Notes: generated by a model from the sequence alone, not told the origin. Counted from the stretch's first letter, positions 49,882 to 59,014 are shown. The stretch: 64,000 bases of DNA from an uncultured Chloroflexota bacterium (GCA_947085195.1 CAMTVM010000026.1:627-64626); one strand, 5' to 3'. Numbers and translations: made by a program.

Positions 49882-52386
49882 TCAGACCCTCAGGTGGCCC
49901 CCGATGTCCCCGAGTGCCCCGATGACCGCGGCCACGGCCTCTTCGACCTCGGGCTCCGTCAGGGTTCGGGCAGCGGCTCCGAACCGGAGCCGGAATGCGA
50001 GGCTCTTCTCCGCCGCGGCCAGCGGGGCGCCGCGGTAGATGTCGAACAGCCGGATGTCGAGCAGCAGGCCGCCCGCGTGCTCGCGCAGCAGCGCCTCGAC
50101 GGCGGCCGCCGGCGTGCCCTCGGCCACGACGATCGCGAGATCCCGATCCACCTCCGGGAAACGGCCGACGACCGGGGCTCGCTCTGGCGCCAGACGGCCC
50201 GCGGCGAGACCCTCGAGCGCGACCTCCGCGACGATCACGCGGCCGGCGGTCCGGAGCTCCCACGCCTCGACGACATCGGGGTGGATCTCGCCGACCAGGC
50301 CGTGGAGGCGATCTCCAGCGTCAGCACGAGCAGTCCGTCCGGGGTGGAACAGGCGCTCGTCCGTCTCCGCGGCGTAGAGGATCCGGCCGAAACCGAGCCG
50401 CTGCGCCAGCAACTCGAGGATCCCCTTCGCATCGTCGAGGTCGCAGGGGCGTGCGGCGCGGTTCCAGGCGGCGGGCTCGGCGGACCCGACGAGCGCGAAG
50501 CCCAGCCGCCACCACTCGCGGGGCGTGTCCCCGGTGCGCGCGTACCCCTTGCCGATCTCGAACACCGCGACGTCCTCGGTGCCGTGGCGCAGGTTGACAC
50601 CCACGACGTCCAGGAGGCTGCCCAGCAGGTTGCGGCGCAGGAGCGAGTGGTCCCGCGACAGCGGGTTGCCTACGCCGATCGGATCGCCGCCCGGCTGGTC
50701 CTCGGCACCGACCGACGGCACCTCGCGGGCGAGCACGAACGTCTCCACGTGGCGCGGCGAGACCAGCGCGGTGGTGACGACCTCGGTCAGACCGGCGCCG
50801 GCAAGCGTCTCGCGGATGAGCTCGCGCACCTCGAGGGGCGAGGGCCGGAACTCCGGCATCATCGTGTCCGGGGTGACCGACGGGATCAGCTCGTAGCCGC
50901 GGACGCGGGCGATCTCCTCGACCACGTCGGCCTCGATGACGATGTCGCGGCGCCACGTCGGGACGAGGGCGGCCAGGGCTTCCCCCGGTTCCGGGGCCAC
51001 GGTGAGCCTGTCCGGCAGCAGGGCGATGGTGACGGTCTCATCCGGCCTCGCGGGTTCCGTCGCAACACCGACCCGCCCGAGCAGATCACGCTGCTCGTCA
51101 GCAGGCAGATCCGTGCCGAGCAGGCGGTTGATGCGGGCGGGGCGGAAGGCCACGCGGGCGGGTGCCGTCTCCAGGGGCGCGGTGTCCACGACGCCGCCGA
51201 GGATCTCCCCGCCGGCCCAGGCGCGGATCAGCTGCGCCGTCCGGTCCGCACCCAACCGGGCGAGGCGGAACTCCTGACCCTTCTCGAAGCGCGACGACGC
51301 CTCCGAGCGCAGCCCCAGTCGCTGTGCGGTCCGGCGGATGCTGACGGGATCGAAGATCGCCGACTCGACGATGACGTCAACGGTCGTGCCCGATACCTCC
51401 GAGGTGGCGCCGCCCATCACGCCTGCGACGGCGAGGGGGCCCGCCGGATCCGCGATGAGAAGCGTGTCCGGGCTCAGGTCGCGCACGACGTGGTCGAGCG
51501 TCTCGAGGCGCTCGCCGGCGGTCGCCCGCCGGACGATGATCGCCGTCCGGCCGTCCACGCCGGGGTGGACGGCAGCTGCGTCGAAGGCGTGGACCGGCTT
51601 GCCAAGCTCGAGCATCACGTAATTTGACGCGTCCACGACGTTCGAGATGGGGCGCAGGCCAGCCGCGAGGAGGCGCATCTGGACCCGATCCGGCGAGGGA
51701 CGCACGGTGACGCCACTCACCCATCGCCCGGCGAATCGAGGGCACAGGTCCGGGTCCCGGACATCCACGGTCAGCCGGCTCTCGATGCCGGGGCCGCTCC
51801 CCTCCTCGACCGCGATCTCCGGCTGGCGGATGCGCTGCCGCGTGGACGCGGCGACCTCGCGCGCGAGGCCCAGGACCGAGAGGGCGTCGCCGCGGTTCGG
51901 CTTGACGTCCACGTCCAGGACCACGTCGCCGTACAGGTCGACCAGGGGGACGCCGAGGGGCGTGTCGCCGGGCAGGATCAGGATTCCCTCGCCGTCTCCG
52001 GTCAGGCGCAGCTCCTCGCCGGAGCAGAGCATGCCGTTGGAGATCACGCCCATCTTCTCGGCGCGCTCGATGCGGCGGTTGCCGGGCAGGACGGCGCCGG
52101 GCAGGGCCACGGGGATGCGCTGGCCGGGGGCGATGTTGGTCGCACCGCACACGATGGACAACGCCTCGCCGCCGTCGCCGAGGGTGACGGTGGCGAGCGA
52201 CAGCCGGTCCGCGCGGGGGTGCCGCTCCACCGTCAGCAACTCGCCGGTAACGACGCTGTCCCAGTCCGCACCCCAGCGCTCGATGTGCTTGACCTCCATC
52301 CCCAGGAGGGTCAGGCGCTCGGCCAGCTGTTCCGCGGTGAGGTCGATGTCGACGAACTCGCGCAGCCAGGCCAGCGGGACCCTCAT
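49882..52386 (-). CDS. pheT: Phenylalanine--tRNA ligase beta subunit
   Basis: MRVPLAWLREFVDI... with tRNA-binding, B3/4, B5 and FDX-ACB domains (834 aa). Confidence 0.95.
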   Translation of the reverse strand: MRVPLAWLREFVDIDLTAEQLAERLTLLGMEVKHIERWGADWDSVVTGELLTVERHPRADRLSLATVTLGDGGEALSIVCGATNIAPGQRIPVALPGAVLPGNRRIERAEKMGVISNGMLCSGEELRLTGDGEGILILPGDTPLGVPLVDLYGDVVLDVDVKPNRGDALSVLGLAREVAASTRQRIRQPEIAVEEGSGPGIESRLTVDVRDPDLCPRFAGRWVSGVTVRPSPDRVQMRLLAAGLRPISNVVDASNYVMLELGKPVHAFDAAAVHPGVDGRTAIIVRRATAGERLETLDHVVRDLSPDTLLIADPAGPLAVAGVMGGATSEVSGTTVDVIVESAIFDPVSIRRTAQRLGLRSEASSRFEKGQEFRLARLGADRTAQLIRAWAGGEILGGVVDTAPLETAPARVAFRPARINRLLGTDLPADEQRDLLGRVGVATEPARPDETVTIALLPDRLTVAPEPGEALAALVPTWRRDIVIEADVVEEIARVRGYELIPSVTPDTMMPEFRPSPLEVRELIRETLAGAGLTEVVTTALVSPRHVETFVLAREVPSVGAEDQPGGDPIGVGNPLSRDHSLLRRNLLGSLLDVVGVNLRHGTEDVAVFEIGKGYARTGDTPREWWRLGFALVGSAEPAAWNRAARPCDLDDAKGILELLAQRLGFGRILYAAETDERLFHPGRTARADAGDRLHGLVGEIHPDVVEAWELRTAGRVIVAEVALEGLAAGRLAPERAPVVGRFPEVDRDLAIVVAEGTPAAAVEALLREHAGGLLLDIRLFDIYRGAPLAAAEKSLAFRLRFGAAARTLTEPEVEEAVAAVIGALGDIGGHLRV

Positions 52387-53423
52387 CGGAACGCCCCCAG
52401 GAAGCGCAGGTCATCCTCCATGTACAGGCGCAGGTCGGCGACGGCGTGGCGCAGGTTCGCAATGCGTTCCACGCCCATGCCGAAGGCGAACCCCTGGTAT
52501 CGCTCCGGATCGATGCCGCCGTAGCGGAGGGTGACGGGGTGGACCATGCCGGCACCCAGGATCGTCATCCAGCCCGTCCAGGAGCAGGCGGGGCACTTCT
52601 CCCCGTTGCAGATGACGCACAGGATGTCGAAGGCGACGGACGGCTCGGTGAACGGGTAGTACCCCGGGCGGAATCGCGTGGCGCGACCGGCGCCGAACAT
52701 GGCGTGGGCGAACTGGTCCAGCAGGCCCCTGAGGTCCGCCAAGGACGTGCCCTCGTCGATCATGAGACCCTCGACCTGGAAGAACTCGGACGCGTGGCTG
52801 GCATCCACCGCCTCGTAGCGGAAACAGCGGCCGGGCAGAAGGGCACGGATCGGGGGGCGCTCCTGGTGCATCACGCGGATCTGGCCCGGGCTCGTGTGGG
52901 TCCGCAGCAAGCGGCCCTCCATGTCCAGGTACAGCGTGTCCCAGAGGTCCCGGGCGGGATGGTCCGGCGGGATGTTGAGCATCTGGAAGTTGGTGACGTC
53001 GTCCTCGATCTCTGGACCCTCGTAGACGACGAACCCGAACTGCGCGAAGACCTCCGCGATCTCGCGTGCGGTCTCGACGATCGGGTGGAGGCTGCCCCGG
53101 CGGATCGGGCGGCCCGGCGTCGTGACGTCGACGGTCTCGGCGCGCAGACGGGCCGCCAGCTCGGCGCCGCCGAGCTGGGCGCGGGCCTCGCCCAGCGCCG
53201 CCTCGACCGCCATGCGCACCTGGTTCGCGACGGCCCCGACCTGTGGGCGATCCGCCGCCGGCAGGGCGCCGATGCCGCGCAGGATCACGGTCAGCTCGCC
53301 CTTCTTGCCCAGGACCTCCACCTCGAGCGCGTCGAGCGCGCCGGTATCCGGGGCGGCCGCGGCGGCGCCCACCGCGCGGGCCCGCAGCCCCTCGAGGTCC
53401 GATGTGAGCTGAGCGAGATCCAT
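52383..53423 (-). CDS. pheS: Phenylalanine--tRNA ligase alpha subunit
   Basis: HPARDLWDT, RTHTSP, FRYEAVDASH, GFAFGMGVERI. ATGA overlap with pheT. Confidence 0.95.
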   Translation of the reverse strand: MDLAQLTSDLEGLRARAVGAAAAAPDTGALDALEVEVLGKKGELTVILRGIGALPAADRPQVGAVANQVRMAVEAALGEARAQLGGAELAARLRAETVDVTTPGRPIRRGSLHPIVETAREIAEVFAQFGFVVYEGPEIEDDVTNFQMLNIPPDHPARDLWDTLYLDMEGRLLRTHTSPGQIRVMHQERPPIRALLPGRCFRYEAVDASHASEFFQVEGLMIDEGTSLADLRGLLDQFAHAMFGAGRATRFRPGYYPFTEPSVAFDILCVICNGEKCPACSWTGWMTILGAGMVHPVTLRYGGIDPERYQGFAFGMGVERIANLRHAVADLRLYMEDDLRFLGAFR

Positions 53424-53530
53424 GGGCGAGGTCCGGGTCCGATGCAGTGCGGGCGGGGCCGGTCAGGCCCCGGGAATCACGAACCCCCGAGCGTCGGGGA
53501 CGTCGAGGGTCCGGCGGGCGACGGAGCCGG

Positions 53531-53881
53531 TCAGGCGCCGCGCGCGACCTCGGCGATCCGGCCGAAGGTCGCAGCGTCGCGGACGGCCAGGTCGGCGAGG
53601 ATCTTCCGATCGAGATCCACGTTGGCCTTCTTGAGACCATTGACCAGCTTGCCGTAGGTGATGCCGTTGATGCGCGCGGCAGCGTTGATCCGGATGATCC
53701 ACAGCTGGCGCATGTCGCGCTTCCGCTGCTTGCGGTCCCGGGTCGCGTAGGCGAGGGCGTGCAGCTGGGCCTCGTGCGCGGACTTGACCAGCTTGCGACG
53801 CGTGCCCTTGCGGCCCTCGGCCTCCTGCAGCAGCCGCTTGTGGCGCTTGTGGGACGTGACGCCCCGCTTGACGCGTGCCAT
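53531..53881 (-). CDS. rplT: 50S ribosomal protein L20
   Basis: [18 protein letters not shown]... Confidence 0.95.
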   Translation of the reverse strand: MARVKRGVTSHKRHKRLLQEAEGRKGTRRKLVKSAHEAQLHALAYATRDRKQRKRDMRQLWIIRINAAARINGITYGKLVNGLKKANVDLDRKILADLAVRDAATFGRIAEVARGA

Positions 53882-53890
53882 CGATCGCTC

Positions 53891-54088
53891 CTAGACGTTC
53901 GGCAGCAGGCGGCGCAGCTGGTCCTGGTGCTCAGGCCCGATGACCGACTTGCCCGCATACCGGCGCGTACGGCGCGACGACTTCAACTCCAGGTGATGTC
54001 CGCGCCAGGACTTCACCCGAATGAACTTCCCACTGCCGGTGACCCCGACTCGCTTCTGGGTCCCCTTGTGGGTCTTCATCTTCGGCAC
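53891..54088 (-). CDS. rpmI: 50S ribosomal protein L35
   Basis: GTG 54088 gives (M)PKMKTHKGTQKRV. The longer track ORF upstream is Arg/Pro-rich. Confidence 0.9.
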   Translation of the reverse strand: MPKMKTHKGTQKRVGVTGSGKFIRVKSWRGHHLELKSSRRTRRYAGKSVIGPEHQDQLRRLLPNV

Positions 54089-54095
54089 GCTGGCC

Positions 54096-54743
54096 TCACT
54101 CTCCTGCTGGCGGCGCCTCAGCCGCCGGCAAGGCGGAGGGCGTCGGATCTGACGGGGCTTCTGACGGAGCCTTGGACGTCGCGGTGGCGCCATCGGTCTT
54201 CGTCGCCGGATTGCGGTGCTCGTGGACCCTCGGCTTGTGGACCGAGAGCAGCGTCATGAACATCGATTTGCCTTCGAGCGCCGGGGTCCGGTCCACGGTC
54301 CCGTGGTCCTTCACCGCCTCCCCGAACTTGACGAGGAGCGCCCGGCCGATCTCCGGGTGCGTGAGCTCCCGGCCGCGGAAGCGGACGGTCACCTTGATCC
54401 GGTCGCCGTCCTCGAGGAACTCGATGGCGCGATGGACCTTGGTATCGAAATCGCCGATGCCGATCTTGGGCGTGAGGCGGACTTCCTTGAACTCCACCGA
54501 ACGCTGCTTGCGCTTCGCCTCTTTCTCGCGCTTGGTCAGTTCGTACTTGTACTGGCCAAAGTCGAGAAACTTGACGACCGGAGGCGCCGCGGTGGGTGCG
54601 ACCTCAACGAGATCGAGCCCCCGCTCCTGCGCCATCGCCATGGCCTGGTGCGTCGGCATCACGCCGAGCTGTGAGCCATCTTCGTCGAGGACCCGGACCT
54701 GGGGGACACGGATCATCTGGTTGATGCGCAGGTCTCGACTGAT
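54096..54743 (-). CDS. infC: Translation initiation factor IF-3
   Basis: The conserved N-terminal RINxxIRxxxVRV block begins upstream of the first ATG (54716). An in-frame ATC at 54743 follows AGAGGGA and lies after an in-frame TGA. Confidence 0.85.
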   Translation of the reverse strand: MSRDLRINQMIRVPQVRVLDEDGSQLGVMPTHQAMAMAQERGLDLVEVAPTAAPPVVKFLDFGQYKYELTKREKEAKRKQRSVEFKEVRLTPKIGIGDFDTKVHRAIEFLEDGDRIKVTVRFRGRELTHPEIGRALLVKFGEAVKDHGTVDRTPALEGKSMFMTLLSVHKPRVHEHRNPATKTDGATATSKAPSEAPSDPTPSALPAAEAPPAGE

Positions 54744-54890
54744 GGCGTGGTCCCTCTGCTCGAATGGGCTTGGGCATCACGGCGCGCACGGCAACGCCGT
54801 GCACGATCGCCGCGGGAGGATAGCACAGGGGTTCGATCAGCCGCAACGAACGGGAGGGCTCCGGCGCCTCTCAGGCAGCACCCCGGCCCC

Positions 54891-56750
54891 CTACCCCAGA
54901 CGGCGTTCCCGGACCTCGTCGCCGAGCCGCGCGGCCAGGTCACCCCAGGTCACGCCCTGCTCCTGCGAGCCGTCCCGGCGGCGCACGGACGCGGTGCGGC
55001 CCTCCACCTCACGGTCGCCCAGGATGAGCATGTACGGGACCTTCTGGCCTTGCGCCAGCCGGATCTTGTTCTGCATCCGGTTGTCGGAAGCATCCACCTC
55101 GACGAACCGCAGGCCGCCACGGCGCAATTCCGCAGCAAGGTCCTGCGCGGGCCCCACGTGCCGATCCGCGATGGGGATCACCACGGCCTGCACCGGCGCC
55201 AGCCAGAGCGGGAAGGCGCCTGCGAAATGCTCCACCAGGATGCCGATGAACCGCTCCAGCGACCCGTAGATTGCGCGGTGGATCGCCATCGGCCGCTTCG
55301 GCTGCCCATCCTCGTCGATGTAGGAGAGGTCGAACCGCTCCGGAAGCATCGTGAGGTCCACCTGGATCGTGGCCGTCTGCCACGAGCGGCCGAGGGCGTC
55401 CTCGACGTGGACGTCGATCTTGGGGGCGTAGAACGCGCCGTCGCCCGGCTTGAGCGTCCACTTGAGACCCGACCGGTCCAAAGCCTCGCGGATCAGCGTC
55501 TCGGCCTGATCCCACAGCGCCGGGTCGCCCAGCGCCTTGGCCGGCTTCGTCCCGAACTTGATCTCGGGCCGCAGGCCGAACCAGCCGTACGTCTCCTCGA
55601 CCTCACCCAGCAGGCCCGCGATCTCCTCGCCCAGCTGGTCCGGACGGACGAAGATGTGGGCATCGTCCTGGATGAACTGGCGGACGCGCGTGAGGCCTGA
55701 GAGCGTGCCGGATCGCTCGTTGCGGTGGAGCCGGCCGTACTCGCTGAAGCGGAGCGGCAGGTCCCGGTACGAGCGCAGGTGGGACTTGTAGATGACCGTG
55801 GATTCGGGGCAGTTCATCGGCTTGAGCGAGAAGGTCTGGCCCTCGCTCTCGATGAGGAACATGTTGTCCCGGTACAGCTCCCAGTGGCCGGATGCCTCCC
55901 AGAGCCGCTGGGAGACGATGACCGGCGTCGAGACCTCGTCGTAGCCGCGGCGATCCTGGACCTCGCGCATGGCCGCCTCGAGCGTGCGCCAGATCCGCTG
56001 ACCCTTCGGATGCCAGAAGGCGGCGCCGGGGCTGACGTCATGGAAGCTGAACAGGTCGAGCGCGATGCCGAGCTTGCGATGATCGCGCTTCTTCGCCTCC
56101 TCGCGCCGCCAGAGGTAGCGGTCCAGCTGCTCCTGCGTCTCCCAGACGGTGCCGTAGATCCGCTGGAGCATCGGGCGCTTCTCGTCACCACGCCAGTACG
56201 CACCGGCGACCGCCAGAAGCCTGAACGGGCCGATGTGACCGGTGGACTCCACGTGAGGACCCTTGCACAGGTCGCGGAAGGAACCGTGCTCGTAGAAGGT
56301 AACGGGCGGCAGGGGTGAGGCCGATTCGCTGGCCTTCAGGGCCAGGTCGTCGAGGATCTCGACCTTGAACGCCTGGTTGTCCGATTCAACGATCGAGCGG
56401 CCCGTGCCGAACTCCACCTCGCGACGGACGAAGGCATGGTCGGCGGCCACGCTCTCGTGCATGCGGGACTCGATGGCCACGAGGTCATCCGGCGTCAGCG
56501 GCCGCGGGAGTTCGAAGTCGTAGTAGAAGCCGTTGTCGATCGCGGGGCCGATGCCGAGCTTCCCGCCCGGGAACAGGGCCAGGACCGCCTCCGCCATCAC
56601 GTGCGCCGTGCTGTGGCGCATGGCGTCAATGGGCGCGTGGGCGCCGGCATCGAGCAGCTCATCCGCGGAGCCGCGCTCCGGCGCCTCGAACGCGATCTCG
56701 TCCTCGTCGGCGGCGACCGCCGCTCCCGCCTTGTCCTCAGCCATCGTCAT
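54891..56750 (-). CDS. thrS: Threonine--tRNA ligase (no N-terminal TGS domain)
   Basis: HSTAH editing motif near residue 46, class II motifs, anticodon-binding domain. ATG 56750 or 56744. Confidence 0.9.
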   Translation of the reverse strand: MTMAEDKAGAAVAADEDEIAFEAPERGSADELLDAGAHAPIDAMRHSTAHVMAEAVLALFPGGKLGIGPAIDNGFYYDFELPRPLTPDDLVAIESRMHESVAADHAFVRREVEFGTGRSIVESDNQAFKVEILDDLALKASESASPLPPVTFYEHGSFRDLCKGPHVESTGHIGPFRLLAVAGAYWRGDEKRPMLQRIYGTVWETQEQLDRYLWRREEAKKRDHRKLGIALDLFSFHDVSPGAAFWHPKGQRIWRTLEAAMREVQDRRGYDEVSTPVIVSQRLWEASGHWELYRDNMFLIESEGQTFSLKPMNCPESTVIYKSHLRSYRDLPLRFSEYGRLHRNERSGTLSGLTRVRQFIQDDAHIFVRPDQLGEEIAGLLGEVEETYGWFGLRPEIKFGTKPAKALGDPALWDQAETLIREALDRSGLKWTLKPGDGAFYAPKIDVHVEDALGRSWQTATIQVDLTMLPERFDLSYIDEDGQPKRPMAIHRAIYGSLERFIGILVEHFAGAFPLWLAPVQAVVIPIADRHVGPAQDLAAELRRGGLRFVEVDASDNRMQNKIRLAQGQKVPYMLILGDREVEGRTASVRRRDGSQEQGVTWGDLAARLGDEVRERRLG

Positions 56751-57000
56751 CGCTCCCGAGAAACACAAAACCTCCCGTCCCGACAGGACGAGAGGTTCAA
56801 CCTCCCGCGGTTCCACCCGCCTTCACGGCACCGGTGTCACGGTGACGTGCGCTCGTGCCGCGCTAACGGGCGGATCCCGGACCGGTTCGCCGGCCGCTCG
56901 CGGGTGGTGCCGGCACCGGTCGGGTCTGCGGGGCTTGCAGCCGATGGCTCCCGCTCTCTGGCGACGTCCCGGTGAGGCGCGTCCCGCTCGACGCGTTCGC
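56751..57000 (-). promoter_or_regulatory. T-box riboswitch leader of thrS
   Basis: The minus strand carries the T-box sequence GGCGGGUGGAACCGCGGGAGG (56804..56820 core) with a 7-nt UGGAACC bulge. There are alternative antiterminator/terminator helices, an AGAGAG bay (56954..56959) and ACC-ACC (56903..56908) as candidate Thr specifier. Confidence 0.75.
56761..56795 (-). terminator. Intrinsic terminator of the thrS T-box leader
   Basis: Minus strand CCUCUCGUCC-UGUCG-GGACGGGAGG (10 bp incl. one GU) followed by UUUUGUGUUU. It lies 10 nt upstream of the thrS RBS. Confidence 0.7.
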
Positions 57001-57034
57001 TCTTCGGCAGCCCCGAAGGGCCGCCAGCCGATGG

Positions 57035-57111
57035 TGGTGGGCGATACTGGACTCGAACCAGTGACCTCATGCATGTCAAGCATGCGCGCTAACCAACTGC
57101 GCCAATCGCCC
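57035..57111 (-). tRNA. tRNA-Val (anticodon GAC), CCA encoded
   Basis: Reverse complement GGGCGAT-TG-GCGC-AGTTGGTTA-GCGC-G-CATGC-TTGACAT-GCATG-AGGTC-ACTGG-TTCGAGT-CCAGT-ATCGCCC-A-CCA folds as a perfect cloverleaf. Confidence 0.9.
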
Positions 57112-57229
57112 TCGGTTTCGTGCTCACCAAGACCGCATGCCTTGGTGTTATTGCCATGGGCCCTTGACCTACACCGCTCGAATACCGCATGCTAGGCCGT
57201 GTAAGCGATCCCGCACGAGGACCCGACCG

Positions 57230-58192
57230 ATGCCAACCAAGGTCACCATGGCGGCCCATTCTACGGCAGACGCGCCCATCGGCGCGCCCGACAGCATCGC
57301 GGCGTTACTGCCCTCCTGGCGCCGGTCCCTGGCGGCCCGGCGGATCAGTCCCCGGACGATCGCGACCTACACCACGTCGGTCGAGCAGCTGGCCGCGTAC
57401 CTCGACGCTCACGGCATGCCGGCCAGAGTCGCCGCGATCCGCCGGGAGCATGTCGAGGCGTTCGTGGCCGACCTGCTCACCACCCGGGCCCCGGCGACCG
57501 CCCACAACCGGTACCGGGGCTGCCAGGCGTTCTTCGCCTGGTGCACCGAGGAAGGCGAAGTCAAGGCGAGCCCCATGGAGCGCATGAGGCCGCCCCGGCT
57601 GCAGGACGCTCCCCCGCCGGTCCTGCGCGAGCGAGACCTCCGGGCGATCCTCGCCGCGTGCGAGAAGGACCGGACGTACAACGGCGTCCGCGACACCGCG
57701 ATCCTGCGCCTGTTCGTTGACACCGGCGTCCGCCGGGGCGAGCTGCTGGGCATCGACACGGCGCACGTGGACCTTGACGAGGGTCTCGTCAAGGTGAGCG
57801 GCAAGACCGGGCCGCGCGTCGTGCCCGTCGGCGCGTCCACCGTCCGCGCCCTTGACCGCTACCTGCGCTCGCGGGCGAAGCGTCAGGACGCTGCGGACCC
57901 GGCCCTGTGGCTGGGGCGCAAGGGCCGGCTGCTGGAGACCGGGCTCGCCCAGCTGATCCGCACCCGGGCGGCCGCCGCTGGGCTCGATGGAGTCCACCCG
58001 CACCTGTTCCGCCACGCCTACGCCCATTCGATGCTCGCGGCCGGGATGCAGGAGACCGACCTGATGGAGGTGGCCGGCTGGCGGAGCCGGGAGATGGTCG
58101 CCCGGTACGCGCGGTCCACCCGGGCCGAGCGGGCGATCAAGGCCGCCCGCGCCCTGTCCCCCGGCGACCGGATGGACGAGGGGAAGCGATGA
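57230..58192 (+). CDS. Tyrosine recombinase / phage integrase family
   Basis: N-terminal SAM-like domain (TIATYTTSVEQL). Catalytic region GLRRGELLGI-type, HLFRHAYAHSML, final ARY. ATG 57230 in ORF 57137..58192. Confidence 0.85.
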   Translation: MPTKVTMAAHSTADAPIGAPDSIAALLPSWRRSLAARRISPRTIATYTTSVEQLAAYLDAHGMPARVAAIRREHVEAFVADLLTTRAPATAHNRYRGCQAFFAWCTEEGEVKASPMERMRPPRLQDAPPPVLRERDLRAILAACEKDRTYNGVRDTAILRLFVDTGVRRGELLGIDTAHVDLDEGLVKVSGKTGPRVVPVGASTVRALDRYLRSRAKRQDAADPALWLGRKGRLLETGLAQLIRTRAAAAGLDGVHPHLFRHAYAHSMLAAGMQETDLMEVAGWRSREMVARYARSTRAERAIKAARALSPGDRMDEGKR

Positions 58193-58476
58193 GCGACCCG
58201 TTCGACAGAGAGGGCATGCAGCGGCTCCGCGAGAAGATGGACTCCTACCTCCGCTCCTTTGATCCACCGGCGCCACCGGCCCGTCGATCGCGCGTGCTCG
58301 CCAATCCGCGGGACACCTGGGACAAGGCCGTGCGCGACCTGAAGGACCGCGATACCCGCCTGACCAAGACGGCGGTGGCAACGGAGATGGGGATCACCCG
58401 GGAAACGCTGAACACCCACATCGACGACAAGCTCATCCCCGCGTTCCCGTGGGAGGACGCGCTCCCCCGCCGTTGA
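58189..58476 (+). CDS. Small HTH protein (possible excisionase/regulator)
   Basis: ATGA overlap with the integrase stop. TKTAVATEMGITRETLNTHIDD is an HTH-like segment. It is the tail of track ORF 57907..58476. Confidence 0.5.
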   Translation: MSDPFDREGMQRLREKMDSYLRSFDPPAPPARRSRVLANPRDTWDKAVRDLKDRDTRLTKTAVATEMGITRETLNTHIDDKLIPAFPWEDALPRR

Positions 58477-58539
58477 TCCGACGGTAATCCGACGATCGCC
58501 CCGCGCTGGCAGGATCGCCACGGCCCGACCATATTCCTC

Positions 58540-58845
58540 GTGAGCGATGTAGACACGCAGCGAGCTTGGGGCCGGATCGGCGGCCTGACTGCCTGGTCCC
58601 GGCACGACGCCGAGACGATGACCCGTGCGGCCCACCTCGGGTTCCGGGCCCGGTTTGAGCGGCTCGTTGACCCGGGCGGCACGCTGGACCCGCGCGAGCG
58701 GGCGGCCCGCGCCGACCGCGCCCGCCGCGCCTACATGTTGACCCTGGCCGCGAAGTCCGCGGCGGCACGCAGGAAGCCCGCCCCCGTCAGCGGGAGCGGG
58801 CATGGAGGAACGGCGCGTGACCGCCGATCCCCGCACGCAGCGTAG
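58540..58845 (+). CDS. Hypothetical protein
   Basis: GTG start. WGRIGGLTAWSRHD...GFRARFERLVDP...RAYMLTLAAKSAAAR. Coding-like, no assignable family. Confidence 0.4.
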   Translation: MSDVDTQRAWGRIGGLTAWSRHDAETMTRAAHLGFRARFERLVDPGGTLDPRERAARADRARRAYMLTLAAKSAAARRKPAPVSGSGHGGTARDRRSPHAA

Positions 58846-59014
58846 CGCGTCGGCCGCTGCGAAGGAAGACCCTGCCGAGCTGGCGTGCCGCGTCGTCAAC
58901 GTGGCGAGGGCGGCCGAGCGACCCCGGCGCGACCCAGGCGCGCGGGCGCTCGTGCTCCTGGATAACATCGCGGCCAAGCTGGCGCGCCTGATCGCCGCCG
59001 AGGCCGGGTCGTGA
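58802..59014 (+). CDS. Hypothetical protein
   Basis: 70-aa ORF in the co-oriented chain. It overlaps the previous ORF by 44 nt, so the start is uncertain. Confidence 0.3.
   Translation: MEERRVTADPRTQRSASAAAKEDPAELACRVVNVARAAERPRRDPGARALVLLDNIAAKLARLIAAEAGS

Noticed and set aside
57132-57192. Two copies of ACCGCATGC (57132, 57184), with resemblance to the tRNA anticodon stem CGCATGCT, as att-site remnants.
   Set aside because: The match is only 8-9 nt, in inverted orientation relative to the tRNA, and within chance expectation for short GC-rich words.
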